Origin: an uncultured candidate division Zixibacteria bacterium
GTDB taxonomy: Bacteria; Zixibacteria; MSB-5A5; RBG-16-43-9
Assembly (NCBI GenBank): GCA_963713865.1
Contig: OY970208.1
Location: forward strand, 2,272,001 to 2,336,000
DNA length: 64,000 nucleotides
Reading direction: 5' to 3'
In this document: positions 10,160 through 19,768 of the stretch, piece by piece
How the letters are laid out: every line of letters begins with the position of its first letter
How positions within the stretch are numbered: position 1 is the stretch's first letter
Position numbers and translations under genes: made by a program
Notes under the pieces: generated by a model
What the model was told of the DNA's origin: nothing
Databases searched by the model: none
What the model saw: the letters and a program-made list of their open reading frames with translations, nothing else

Positions 10160-11422
10160 TTAAACTTTAACCCGGCTTATCTCCGCTCCCAATTTTGAGA
10201 GCTTTTCTTCAAATTTTTCATACCCCCGGTCAATATGGTAAATCCTTAACACCTCACTCTTACCTTCTGCTCCTAATCCGGCTAAGACCAGACCTGCTCC
10301 TGCTCGTATATCGGATGCCATCACTGAAGCACCTTTTAACTTGGGGACACCCTTTATTGTAGCCCTGTCTCCATTAACTATTATATCCGCTCCCAGCCGG
10401 TTTAGTTCCATCACATGCGTAAATCTATCTTCAAAAACCGTTTCTCTGATATAACTTGAGCCTGAAGCGGTGCAGGTAAGAGCCATTAATGAAGCTTGCA
10501 TATCTGTAGGAAAACCAGGAAAGGGGAAAGTGGTTACTGAGACAGGTTTAAGCCTGGAAGGACCTTTGACTGCTATCATCTTTCTATTCAAGCTAACATC
10601 TATACCCATCTCCTTGAACTTAAAGATAACTATGTTCAGATGCTCTGGGACACAGTCTTTAATCTCCACATAACCTGAGGTCACTGCAGCTGCCATCATA
10701 AAGGTGCCTGCCTCCAGACGATCTTTAATGCAGGTATGCTCAACTCCTATCAATTTTTTCACCCCGGTAATCTGCACAGTTGAAGAGCCAGCCCCTTCTA
10801 TCTTTGCACCCATCGAGTTCAGGAAATTAGCCACATCCACTACTTCAGGATCGCAGGCTGCATTTACCAGAGTGGTTTTACCTTCAGCTAAACAGGCTGA
10901 CATCATCACATTCTCAGTTCCGGTATGGCTGGGTCTATCAAAATAGATGATATTTCCCTTAAGTTTTTCAGCTTTAGCGACTACATATCCATGCTCTTCT
11001 TCAATTTTTGCACCTAAAGCCGATAAACCAGCTAAATGCAGATTAACCGGCCGAGGTCCTAAAACACACCCGCCTGGCAAGGAAACTTTTGCTTTCCCAC
11101 ACCGGGCTAAAAGAGGACCTAAAACTAAAAATGATGCTCTCATCTTTCTGACCAAATCATAAGGGGCTTCATAAGAAGAGAGGTTCTCTGCACTTATGGT
11201 TACTGTCTTTTCCTTAATCTCTTTTTTTATTTTAGCACCTAAGTGCTCTAAAACCTTGAGCATCGTATCTATGTCTGCTAAGTTAGGCACGTTGTGAATT
11301 ATCGATTCCCCTTTTTCAGCTAATAATGCCGCCGCTAAAACCGGCAGAACTGCATTTTTAGCACCTGAAATCTCCACTGAACCGGAAAGCTTTTTCCCAC
11401 CTTGAATAACGAATTTATCCAT
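10160..11422 (-). CDS. murA: UDP-N-acetylglucosamine 1-carboxyvinyltransferase
   Basis: SGAKNA, MRAS, LPGGC (catalytic Cys), FPTDMQ, DIRAG, HIDRGYE. Confidence 0.97.
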   Translation of the reverse strand: MDKFVIQGGKKLSGSVEISGAKNAVLPVLAAALLAEKGESIIHNVPNLADIDTMLKVLEHLGAKIKKEIKEKTVTISAENLSSYEAPYDLVRKMRASFLVLGPLLARCGKAKVSLPGGCVLGPRPVNLHLAGLSALGAKIEEEHGYVVAKAEKLKGNIIYFDRPSHTGTENVMMSACLAEGKTTLVNAACDPEVVDVANFLNSMGAKIEGAGSSTVQITGVKKLIGVEHTCIKDRLEAGTFMMAAAVTSGYVEIKDCVPEHLNIVIFKFKEMGIDVSLNRKMIAVKGPSRLKPVSVTTFPFPGFPTDMQASLMALTCTASGSSYIRETVFEDRFTHVMELNRLGADIIVNGDRATIKGVPKLKGASVMASDIRAGAGLVLAGLGAEGKSEVLRIYHIDRGYEKFEEKLSKLGAEISRVKV

Positions 11423-11530
11423 AATTTCTCACCTTAAGTTTCATTATTAATACGTTATTTTTCATCTAAACCAAAATCTTTCTAAATGATAAATTAACTT
11501 TTTTAGATTCTTAGTCAAGGGTTCTTTTTT

Positions 11531-11680
11531 GTAGGGGCAGACCCTTGTGTCTGCCCTTTGATACGGTAGGGACAGGTTTCAAACCTGCTCCTATTACCTG
11601 TTATTGTGAGGAGTCACCTCGCCTTTAGCGGGGCGACGAAGCAATCCCTTTTGCTGGTCGTTGGTCTCCTGACCAACAAT
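11531..11680. repeat. Cluster of REP-like hairpins of several families
   Basis: GTAGGGGCAGAC..GTCTGCCCT; GTAGGGACAGGTTTCAAACCTG; TTGTGAGGAG..CGACGAAGCAATCCC with a nested hairpin. Confidence 0.7.
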
Positions 11681-12013
11681 TCCTTGCAAATAGTGAAAAA
11701 TATCTCACAGCTGACTATTTTGATTAAGCCGATATTACCATTCTTATCCTAAGGATCCGTTTCTTGTATCTGCTTAATCCGTTCCATCAGCCTCAAGGTC
11801 AAATTCGACTGTGAATGAGATTTATACATCTCAAGTGACCGTCAGGTCCCCTGAACCAACGGAAAAAGACGCATAGGCTCAGCCATAGATTCTTCGGTCG
11901 TCCCCGTAGGGTACTCCCTCAGAACGACAAACAAGAAGCGTTTTTGGCAGTTTAGAAATTTAAATGGAGATTTCAATTGATTGTTTTTTAATTTTATATT
12001 ATATAGAAAATAT

Positions 12014-12742
12014 ATGAAAGACACAGTTTATTTTATCTCCGATGCCCATTTGGGTTCAAATTCTCTTGAAAGGGAAAAGCTGAAAGAAGAGAGACTCCTT
12101 CTTTTTTTAGAACAGATTAAAAAGGACTCTCAAGCATTGTATATCTTAGGTGATCTGTTTGAATTCTGGTTCGAATATAAAAATGTCATTCCTAAAAACC
12201 ATTTTCCTATTTTAATGAAGCTGAAAGAGATTACAGACCTGGGAATCCCCATAACCTATTTAGTTGGGAACCACGACTTCTGGCTGGGCGATTCCTTGAC
12301 CGAACAGGTAGGAATGAAAATAGTCAAACACCCGCTCTCCGTAGAGCATCAGGGTAAAAAAATCTATCTCATACATGGAGATGGATTAGCCAAAGAAGAT
12401 ATTGGTTACAGGATATTGAAAAAAGTCCTGAGAAATAAAATCAATATCTTTCTTTATAAATTGATACCGCCTGATATTGGCATCCCCTTTGCAAAAAAAG
12501 TTGCTTCTTACAGTCGAGATAAGACTCAAGCCAGGGACAAGGAATTTTTAGAGGATTATCGAGAATTTGCTAAAGAAAAAATTATAGAAGGGTATGATGC
12601 GGTAATAATTGGACACACCCACCAGCCCTGTTTTGAGGAACTGGATAAAGGGGTCTATCTAAATTTAGGCGACTGGTTCGAGCATTTCACCTACGGGAAA
12701 TTAAGCGAGGGAAAATTTTATTTGATGGAATATAAAACATAG
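12014..12742 (+). CDS. lpxH: UDP-2,3-diacylglucosamine diphosphatase
   Basis: FISDAHLG, LGDLFEFW, GNHD, HGD, GHTH, NLGDW metallophosphoesterase motifs; start at ATG 12014. Confidence 0.88.
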   Translation: MKDTVYFISDAHLGSNSLEREKLKEERLLLFLEQIKKDSQALYILGDLFEFWFEYKNVIPKNHFPILMKLKEITDLGIPITYLVGNHDFWLGDSLTEQVGMKIVKHPLSVEHQGKKIYLIHGDGLAKEDIGYRILKKVLRNKINIFLYKLIPPDIGIPFAKKVASYSRDKTQARDKEFLEDYREFAKEKIIEGYDAVIIGHTHQPCFEELDKGVYLNLGDWFEHFTYGKLSEGKFYLMEYKT

Positions 12743-12968
12743 GTAGGGGCGAGGTCTCCTCGCCCTATGACCGGTAGACCCATGTTGTTCCAATATGGGT
12801 TTTTATCCTTTTTGTGTAGGGGTGGGTTTCAAACCCACCCCTACAGCCCCTCGCAATTACAATTGGTAGGGGTACGGCGCACCGTGCCCCTACCTCCGAA
12901 AAGGTAGACACAGGGGCACACCCCGAAAAAATCGGGATTTCGCTACACTCAACAGGGATCTGCCCCTA
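12743..12968. repeat. Cluster of four GTAG-type REP palindromes between convergent genes
   Basis: GTAGGGGCGAGGTCTCCTCGCCCTA, GTAGGGGTGGGTTTCAAACCCACCCCTAC, GTAGGGGTACGGCGCACCGTGCCCCTAC, plus one interrupted by a CCCGAAAAAATCGGG hairpin. Confidence 0.8.
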
Positions 12969-13460
12969 CTTTTTCAAACTTCTCTTTAAATGTTCGATCA
13001 ATCCCCCATCTTCCAAAATCCCCATAACTATTTCCGGCAGAGGAGGGAAAGGAATTTTTCTATTTTCAGTTATAATCTCACCTGTAGCGTAATTCACAGT
13101 AATGATTTCCCCACCCTTTATCAAATCATAAGCCTCTTTGGACTGAACCAGAGCCAGCCCCTGATTGATTGCATTCCTGAAAAATATCCTGGAAAAAGAT
13201 CTAGCAATGACACAGGAAATCCCGGCAAATTTTAAAGAAGTAGCGGCTTGCTCCCTGGAAGAACCGCAGCCAAAATTGGAACCAGCCAAGATAATATCCC
13301 CTTTTTGAATTTTATTGGGAAATTCTTTATCATATCCTTCTAAGGCATGCTTAGCCATCTCCTGAGGATCCAAAATGGGAAGGCACTTACCCGGATAAAT
13401 CAAATCGGTATCAATGTTATCCCCGAATTTCCAGACTTTTCCCTTAATCTCTTTTAACAT
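12966..13460 (-). CDS. leuD: 3-isopropylmalate dehydratase/homoaconitase-type small subunit
   Basis: GDNIDTD, NFGCGSSREQA, SFSRIFFRNAIN, ILEDGGL. Confidence 0.85.
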   Translation of the reverse strand: MLKEIKGKVWKFGDNIDTDLIYPGKCLPILDPQEMAKHALEGYDKEFPNKIQKGDIILAGSNFGCGSSREQAATSLKFAGISCVIARSFSRIFFRNAINQGLALVQSKEAYDLIKGGEIITVNYATGEIITENRKIPFPPLPEIVMGILEDGGLIEHLKRSLKK

Positions 13461-13472
13461 ATTATTTTCACT

Positions 13473-15077
13473 TTATCTTTTTAAAAACTCCCTCGGGTCT
13501 GAAATCTCACCTTTGATAGCAGAAGCGGAAACAGTTGCCGGGCTGGCTAAATAAACTTCTGACTCAGCAGAACCCATCCTCCCTTTGAAATTACGATTAG
13601 TGGTTGCCAGACACTTTTCTCCTTTAGCCAGTATCCCCTGATGTGCACCTAAACAGGGACCACATCCTGGATTCAGCACTACACAGTTAGCCTCCAGAAA
13701 CGTTTTGATAAACCCCTTTTTCAAAGCTTCTAAATAAATCGATTTGGAGCCAGGCAGAACCAGCACCCTGGTATCTGGATGAACCTTTTTACCTTTTAGT
13801 ATCCTGGCTGCAATCTCCAGATCATCTATTCTGCCATTGGTACAGGAACCCAATAAAACCTGGTCTATTTTTATACCTTTAACCTCATCTATCGATTTCA
13901 CATTATCAACATTATGAGGACAGGCAACCTGTGGTTCCAATCTATCAATTTCAAATTCATATTCATTTTCATAGACAGCGTTCTGGTCAGCATAAATCGG
14001 ATGATAAGCTCTTTTAGCTCTGCCGTTAAGATATTTCTTGGTGACCTTATCAAAAGGAATAATTGCAAATTTTCCGCCCATCTCCATCGAAAGGTTAGCT
14101 AAGGTGAATCTCTCAGAAACGGACATATTCTCAACTGTATTACCATAAAACTCTACTGATTTATAATTTGCTCCTTCGACTGTCAATTTCCCGATTACAT
14201 AAAGGATTACATCCTTAGCATATACCCCCAGAGGAAGTCTGCCAAAAAGATTTAATTTGATACTTTCTGGGACCTTTAACCAGATTTTACCAGTAGCCCA
14301 GACTGCTGCCATCTCCGTTGCACCTACGCCAGTTGATAAAGCACCCAGACAGCCATAAGAGGTAGTATGTGAATCTGTTCCCACAGCTAATTCCCCCGGA
14401 AGTATATGTCCTTTCTCGATTACTACCTGATGACAGATCCCTTCCTTTATATCGTAAAAATTTTTTATACCCTGCTCTTTAACGAAAAGCCTGATCGAGC
14501 GGTGAGCTTCAGCCGTTTTCTCTGACTCAGCCGGAGCTCGATGGTCCAAAGGGATAACTATCTTATCAGGATTCCAGACTTTTGAGACTCCTATTGCCCT
14601 GAATTGTTTTATCACCAAGCCAGCATTGTCGTGGCTCATTGCTAAATCCGGTTCTACATAAACGATCTCCCCTACCTGAACCTCCTTTTTCCCTGCCTTC
14701 AGGCTTAACCCTTTCTGGGCGATTGTCATTCCCCTGTCTTTTATAAATCTTTTACTCATCTCTGGCAGATATAATTCAAGTTGGGCTAATTTCAAAACCC
14801 TGGGTTTCTCTAATAGATTATATTTCCTCCTCCATTTATAGAATGCCGCCTTGGAGATGGAAAGCTCCCTGCCAGCTTTAAGGTCATCTCCATGGATTTC
14901 CCAGAGCTCTTTTACCCTCTCAATACTATATTTAGGCAGAGCATACTTGAGGATTTTCTTTTTCCTTCTCCAGTAAGCCACCAGATAGGCTGGAACCCCC
15001 AGGACCTCCCCCATCTTTTTGTCTGTTTTATATTGAGCCTGAAGCTTAACCAGCTCTTCTTTCTTCGGAATTCTCAT
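13473..15077 (-). CDS. leuC: LeuC/HacA-type aconitase-family large subunit with about 115 extra N-terminal residues containing two HTH-like repeats
   Basis: DHR, GICHQV, DSHT, GSCTNGR, NPGCGPCLG, TTNRNFKGRMG; the usual start (MTIAQK) lies at about residue 117. Confidence 0.88.
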   Translation of the reverse strand: MRIPKKEELVKLQAQYKTDKKMGEVLGVPAYLVAYWRRKKKILKYALPKYSIERVKELWEIHGDDLKAGRELSISKAAFYKWRRKYNLLEKPRVLKLAQLELYLPEMSKRFIKDRGMTIAQKGLSLKAGKKEVQVGEIVYVEPDLAMSHDNAGLVIKQFRAIGVSKVWNPDKIVIPLDHRAPAESEKTAEAHRSIRLFVKEQGIKNFYDIKEGICHQVVIEKGHILPGELAVGTDSHTTSYGCLGALSTGVGATEMAAVWATGKIWLKVPESIKLNLFGRLPLGVYAKDVILYVIGKLTVEGANYKSVEFYGNTVENMSVSERFTLANLSMEMGGKFAIIPFDKVTKKYLNGRAKRAYHPIYADQNAVYENEYEFEIDRLEPQVACPHNVDNVKSIDEVKGIKIDQVLLGSCTNGRIDDLEIAARILKGKKVHPDTRVLVLPGSKSIYLEALKKGFIKTFLEANCVVLNPGCGPCLGAHQGILAKGEKCLATTNRNFKGRMGSAESEVYLASPATVSASAIKGEISDPREFLKR

Positions 15078-15094
15078 CTTAATATCTGATTATT

Positions 15095-15580
15095 CTAAGA
15101 GTGATTTCTTAAACTCTTTTTGAGCTTTCTGAATACCTCGCCCAGGCTGATGGAAACCACTTTTGTCTCTGCAAGGACCGGCATAAAATTAGTGTCTCCG
15201 GTCCAGCGAGGAACTATATGGATATGCAGATGATTAGCCACACCTGCACCTGAAACCTTTCCCAGGTTCATTCCTAAGTTTAAAGCTTCAGGTTTTAAAG
15301 TGGCTTTCAGGAGTTTAATGGAAAACTGTGTGGTTTTCATAAGGTCAGCCATCTCAGATTCAGTTAAATTTTCCAGTTTACCAGTATGCCGGTTCGGGCA
15401 AACCATTAAATGACCGGTGTTATAGGGGAAGCGGTTCATTATAACAAATGATTTCCCCCTCCGAAAAAGGATCAGGTTTTTCTCATCCTTTTTTTCTTTT
15501 AATCTTTTGCAGAATATACACCCCTTTTCTTTTTCCCCCAAGATAAATTTCCCTCGCCAGGGTGCCCAGAGTTTTTGCAT
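15095..15580 (-). CDS. HIT family hydrolase (Ap4A phosphorylase/FHIT-like)
   Basis: LWAPWR, CIFC, NRFPYNTGHLMV, HLHIHIVPRW. Confidence 0.92.
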   Translation of the reverse strand: MQKLWAPWRGKFILGEKEKGCIFCKRLKEKKDEKNLILFRRGKSFVIMNRFPYNTGHLMVCPNRHTGKLENLTESEMADLMKTTQFSIKLLKATLKPEALNLGMNLGKVSGAGVANHLHIHIVPRWTGDTNFMPVLAETKVVSISLGEVFRKLKKSLRNHS

Positions 15581-15672
15581 ATCCTAAAAGGATCCTTACT
15601 GGTCAAATTTTAAATTAATATACTAAATCGAAAAATATATTTCAATATCTTTTATAGAATATTTAAGTTCGT

Positions 15673-15720
15673 GTAGCGGAGGTTTTAAACCTCAGCGCCG
15701 AGCCCTGAAGGCTCGGCTAC
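15673..15720. repeat. Paired GTAG/CTAC REP hairpins
   Basis: GTAGCGGAGGTTTTAAACCTC..GCCGAGCCCTGAAGGCTCGGCTAC. Confidence 0.7.
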
Positions 15721-15775
15721 ACGATTTTACAGCATCAGCTCGGGCAGAAGTTGTACTCCTGCCCGTAATAAAGGA

Positions 15776-15916
15776 TTATTTGGATTTCACCTGACCGAAC
15801 ATCCCGAAAAAAGCGAAAAGACCAAAAAGTCCAAAAAGCCCTTCCAAACCACGAATCATACCTAAAAACCCCAAAAGCCCCAAAAACCCTAAATATCCTA
15901 AATTTCTTTTGTCCAT
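15776..15916 (-). CDS. 46-aa Gly/Phe/Leu-rich membrane microprotein (DUF3796-like N-terminus)
   Basis: Below the ORF-track cutoff; GAGGT RBS, then MDKRNLGYLGFLGLLGFLGMIRGLEGLFGLFGLFAFFGMFGQVKSK*. Confidence 0.75.
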   Translation of the reverse strand: MDKRNLGYLGFLGLLGFLGMIRGLEGLFGLFGLFAFFGMFGQVKSK

Positions 15917-16033
15917 CGGCTACCTCATTTATGAAAATTACCTCTTGTTTCTAATCATAGTACAACCCTTTCAGGGGCGCTAAAACTGTAGGGACAGAAC
16001 AGTGTTCTGTCCCCTTTTTCATAACTATATTTT

Positions 16034-16696
16034 TTAGGTACTCAATATCATTTCTTCTAATTTCTGAAGAGCTTTTTCTCCGGACTCTAAAACCTTTTTG
16101 TCTATAAGTTCAAAACTATCGCAAAAATAATGAAATATAACATTAAAATAATATCTTGAAAGCAGTAGACTTTCTTTCACATATTTAATACTGGGCCCTA
16201 TATCAAAAAGCAACCCTTCTTGTGATTTGGAAATCTTAGGTAGAATACCTGTATAGTTAGTATGAATGATTTTCGAAAGGTCCTTATACCATTTATTATA
16301 ATGCTTCTCCATCCTTGCTGTTGTTGCCTTATCGGAAATTCTCTTGTGTTTTCTATACTGTTCAGGTTCTTCAAAAAACATTTTATGTAAAGTATGATTT
16401 TGTTTTTCCAGATATTTCAGGTCAATTACATTTTCTATTAGGGCTCTTACAAGAATACCAGCTTCAAGTCCCAATCCAAGATTACAAAGGTGATGAACTG
16501 ACACAAATAATGAGAATGATTTTGTAAAGATTGCCTGTATAATGCCTTTGAAATCGGATTCAAATCTAATTTTCTTTTGGTCAAAAATGTTTAGAACATT
16601 ATTTATGTTATTAATTAACTCCAAATTGAGGTCGAATAAATCTTTATATTTCACATATACTACATTTTCTATAACAAAGTCTTTTTTCTCTATCAT
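16034..16696 (-). CDS. Hypothetical helical protein, DUF5677/HEPN-like
   Basis: EAGILVRALIE..IDLKYL and Y.DLSKIIH motifs; more AT-rich than neighbours. Confidence 0.6.
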   Translation of the reverse strand: MIEKKDFVIENVVYVKYKDLFDLNLELINNINNVLNIFDQKKIRFESDFKGIIQAIFTKSFSLFVSVHHLCNLGLGLEAGILVRALIENVIDLKYLEKQNHTLHKMFFEEPEQYRKHKRISDKATTARMEKHYNKWYKDLSKIIHTNYTGILPKISKSQEGLLFDIGPSIKYVKESLLLSRYYFNVIFHYFCDSFELIDKKVLESGEKALQKLEEMILST

Positions 16697-16723
16697 TCAA
16701 ACTCACTCTAATATCTGAACCTA

Positions 16724-16848
16724 AGCGAGGTTAAAGCCTCGCACTACGAAAAAATCTTTGGGCAGAACGATGTTCTGCCCCTACATCTCCATCGAATCAG
16801 GAAGCCCAATGGTCACATAGGTGCGGGCGTATTGCAATACGCCCCTAC
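16724..16848. repeat. Cluster of REP-like hairpins ending in CTAC
   Basis: GCGAGGTTAAAGCCTCGCACTAC, GGGCAGAACGATGTTCTGCCCCTAC, GGGCGTATTGCAATACGCCCCTAC. Confidence 0.75.
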
Positions 16849-16858
16849 AAAAAAATCT

Positions 16859-17455
16859 CTAAAACTCCACTCTCCCTTCAATCGCATTTGCCAGGGTAGT
16901 TATATCTGCGTATTCCAATTCCCCGCCTGCCGGAACTCCTCTGGCAATGCGGGTAACTTTTATCCCTAAAGGTTTTATCAGCTTAGCTAAATAAATCGCA
17001 GTTGCCTCACCCTCTACATTCGGATTGGTGGCAATTATCACCTCTTTGACGTTCTCTTTTAACCTGGTAATAAGCTCTCTGGTTTTCAAATCGTCCGGAC
17101 CTATTCCATCTAAGGGCGATAGTACCCCACCCAATACATGATAAAGCCCTTTATATTGATTTGTTTTCTCTAAGGCTAAAACGTCATTTGGCTCTTCAAC
17201 CACGCAGATTATGTTTTTATCTCTTTTGGTATCTTTACAGATATTACAGGGATCGTCTTCAGTGATATTAAAGCAAACCGAACAATATCTGACTCTATCC
17301 TTAACGTCTAAAATCGCTTGAGAAAGCTTCAAAGCCTCATCTCTTCTCTGCTTCAGAACATAGAAAGTCAATCTCTGGGCAGTTTTCCTGCCAATCCCCG
17401 GGAGTTTGGAAAACTCCTCAATTAATCTTTCAACTGAATCAGTTAGTTTTACCAT
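16859..17455 (-). CDS. recR: Recombination mediator RecR
   Basis: [13 protein letters not shown]4 zinc finger, [26 protein letters not shown]; start at ATG 17455. Confidence 0.97.
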   Translation of the reverse strand: MVKLTDSVERLIEEFSKLPGIGRKTAQRLTFYVLKQRRDEALKLSQAILDVKDRVRYCSVCFNITEDDPCNICKDTKRDKNIICVVEEPNDVLALEKTNQYKGLYHVLGGVLSPLDGIGPDDLKTRELITRLKENVKEVIIATNPNVEGEATAIYLAKLIKPLGIKVTRIARGVPAGGELEYADITTLANAIEGRVEF

Positions 17456-17488
17456 AGAAATCTGTAGTCGCTCGATTTGTCGTTGGTT

Positions 17489-17604
17489 TCCCTCTCCCCT
17501 TGTGGGAGAGGGGAAAAATAATATCACCCTCCCTTTATCCCTCCTCTACGAGGAGCTAAGCCTCCGTAGGACCGTAAGGCTTTTATCGGCCTATGAGGGA
17601 GGGA
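17489..17604. repeat. CCCTCTCCC..GGGAGAGGG family hairpins
   Basis: TCCCTCTCCCCTTGTGGGAGAGGGGA; CCCTCCCTTTATCCCTCC...GAGGGAGGGA; related copies at 22114-22200, 30760-30860 and 49485-49545. Confidence 0.7.
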
Positions 17605-17607
17605 TAA

Positions 17608-17925
17608 TTAAAAAGGTAACCCTGGAAGTTTCAATCCACCAGTTAACTTTGACATCTCCTCAGTCTGAATTTCCTGAGATTTTTCTTTTGCCTGATTAAC
17701 TGCGGCTAAAACCAGATCCTCCAGCATCTCCACGTCCTCTTTATTCACCACCTCCGGATCGATTTTTATCTCCAGAATCTCCTGCTTGCCATTAGCTGTC
17801 ACTTTCACCATTCCCCCACCACTTGATCCCTCAACCCTTTTATTCTCCAGCTCCTTCTGGATCTCCTCCATCTTAGCCTGCATCTTCTGTACCTGTTTCA
17901 TCATATCCCCGAACCCTTTAGGCAT
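17608..17925 (-). CDS. ybaB: YbaB/EbfC family nucleoid-associated protein
   Basis: MMKQVQKMQ, SGGGMVKV, EMLEDLVLAAVN; conserved dnaX-ybaB-recR order. Confidence 0.95.
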   Translation of the reverse strand: MPKGFGDMMKQVQKMQAKMEEIQKELENKRVEGSSGGGMVKVTANGKQEILEIKIDPEVVNKEDVEMLEDLVLAAVNQAKEKSQEIQTEEMSKLTGGLKLPGLPF

Positions 17926-18014
17926 CTTATCCTCCGCTTAACAAGCTGAATCCTGCCTTATGGGTCGTATCCCGCATATTTGCGGGATTATCGACCACAA
18001 AACGGGATTCACGG

Positions 18015-19661
18015 CTAAATTGGTTTCTTGTCAATTATCTCGCCACCTAAATTTTCCAGTATCTCTTTTAACCCGGGAATGTCTTGAGGTATAGATTCTT
18101 TTTTGAAAACCGGGCCTTTCTGAATAGAATTGTTTGGGCTGTCATTCAAACTGAAGCTGATCCTTAAATCGTTTTGAAATATCTGACTGGTTATTTCCTG
18201 AATCTGCTTCAGGTTGTCTCTTTTCTCCACCTGCTTTTTATGGAAATCATTCCCGTTAGGAAATCCCAAGAGCAGAACCCCGTTATCTAAGGACAGTATC
18301 TCTGCCTGACTAAGACAGCTCCAGAGTGAAGCTTTCTTTTCTTTTACCTTACTCAAGACTTCGGTCCAGCCAACTTTCAAATTTTCCAAACTCAGATTTT
18401 GATTTTTTTGATTCGTTTGGTTTGAATCTTTTTCTGGCTCAGGGTTTCCTTCTGAAATCCTATCCTTCAGTTCAGAGAGCTCTTTTTTCTCTGATAATCC
18501 ATATTCAACCCCCTCTTCTTTATTCCCTATCTGATCTAACTTTTTAAAAAGGGTCTCTAAGGAGACAGATGAATCCATCTTAATAAGCTTTAACAGTGCA
18601 ACTTCTAAATGGATCCTCGGCTCCGTAGTTCTTTTCAAAGTATAATTCAAATCCGCCACTATTTTTATCATCCTCAAAAGGTCTGTTTCTGAAAAACTCT
18701 CTGCTTCCTTTTTATATTTTTCGATATAGTGCTGGGAAAGATCAAAAAGCTTTTCAGACTCCCCGCCGGCCTTAGCCACTAACAGGTTTCTGAGATGATC
18801 TAATAACCCCAGAACAAATTCAGGCAGGTCAACACCCGAATCGATCAAGCTTTCTAAAAGCTCTAATCCTTTTTTACTATCTTTCTCTTTGATAATTTTA
18901 GTCAGTTCAAAAAAAACCTCTTGATCTACCAGACCCAGGGTCTGATCAACTATCTTCTTGGTTATCTTCTTGCCACCATAAGCTATCATCTGGTCTAAAA
19001 GGGAAAGACAGTCTCTGAGACTGCCATCCGCTTTACGGGCTAAAGTGTAAATGGCTTCCTTCTCCATCTCGAGATCTTCCTTTTTAGAGATGTCGTTGAT
19101 AGTCTCCACTACATCGTTAAAAGGGATTCTTTTGAAATCAAACCTTTGACAGCGTGATAAAATAGTTGGCGGCACATCCTGAGGTGAGGTAGTAGCAAAT
19201 ATAAAAACCACATTAGCTGGAGGCTCTTCAATGGTTTTGAGCAGAGCGTCGAAAGCAGAATCTGAAAGCATTTGAACTTCGTCGATTATATAGACCTTGT
19301 ATTTACCCCTTACCGGAGCATATTTAACCCCTTCAATTATCAGTTCCCTGATATCCTCCACCCGACTCTTAGAGGCGGCATCCATCTCGAACACGTCTAT
19401 ACTTCTGCCGGCATTTATCTCCTCACAGGCAGAGCAAAGGTTACAGGGTTCTGAGGTTGGTCCTTTATCGCAGTTCAGGGCTTTGGCTAAGATTCGGGCA
19501 ACTGTGGTCTTGCCAGTTCCTCTTGGTCCGGAGAAAAGATAAGCATGGGCAATTCTTTTTGAGTTTATGGCATTGACCAGAGTGGTAGTAACATGCTTCT
19601 GGTCCACCACCTCCTCAAACCCCATAGGCCTGTATTTCCTCGCCATTACTAAGTATGACAT
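18015..19661 (-). CDS. dnaX: DNA polymerase III subunit gamma/tau
   Basis: ARKYRP, HAYLFSGPRGTGKTT, C4 zinc motif, IIDEV, LLKTIEEPP, TILSRCQRF. Confidence 0.97.
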   Translation of the reverse strand: MSYLVMARKYRPMGFEEVVDQKHVTTTLVNAINSKRIAHAYLFSGPRGTGKTTVARILAKALNCDKGPTSEPCNLCSACEEINAGRSIDVFEMDAASKSRVEDIRELIIEGVKYAPVRGKYKVYIIDEVQMLSDSAFDALLKTIEEPPANVVFIFATTSPQDVPPTILSRCQRFDFKRIPFNDVVETINDISKKEDLEMEKEAIYTLARKADGSLRDCLSLLDQMIAYGGKKITKKIVDQTLGLVDQEVFFELTKIIKEKDSKKGLELLESLIDSGVDLPEFVLGLLDHLRNLLVAKAGGESEKLFDLSQHYIEKYKKEAESFSETDLLRMIKIVADLNYTLKRTTEPRIHLEVALLKLIKMDSSVSLETLFKKLDQIGNKEEGVEYGLSEKKELSELKDRISEGNPEPEKDSNQTNQKNQNLSLENLKVGWTEVLSKVKEKKASLWSCLSQAEILSLDNGVLLLGFPNGNDFHKKQVEKRDNLKQIQEITSQIFQNDLRISFSLNDSPNNSIQKGPVFKKESIPQDIPGLKEILENLGGEIIDKKPI

Positions 19662-19768
19662 TTCTTCTTCCTTCTATCTTCTTAGGTCTTACATCTCACA
19701 TCTTACTTTTTTTACTATGAACCATCTACCATTTACTACCCACCAGAATCAATCCTTCGGATTGATTC

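Noticed and set aside
15795-15905. 9-bp periodic repeat as a possible CRISPR array or VNTR
   Set aside because: No spacers or constant repeats; explained by the (G-x-x)n coding pattern of the 46-aa ORF.
18095-18110. dnaX -1 frameshift site (AAAAAAG)
   Set aside because: Codons read TTC AAA AAA GAA, not A AAA AAG, and the site is only about 30 codons from the stop.
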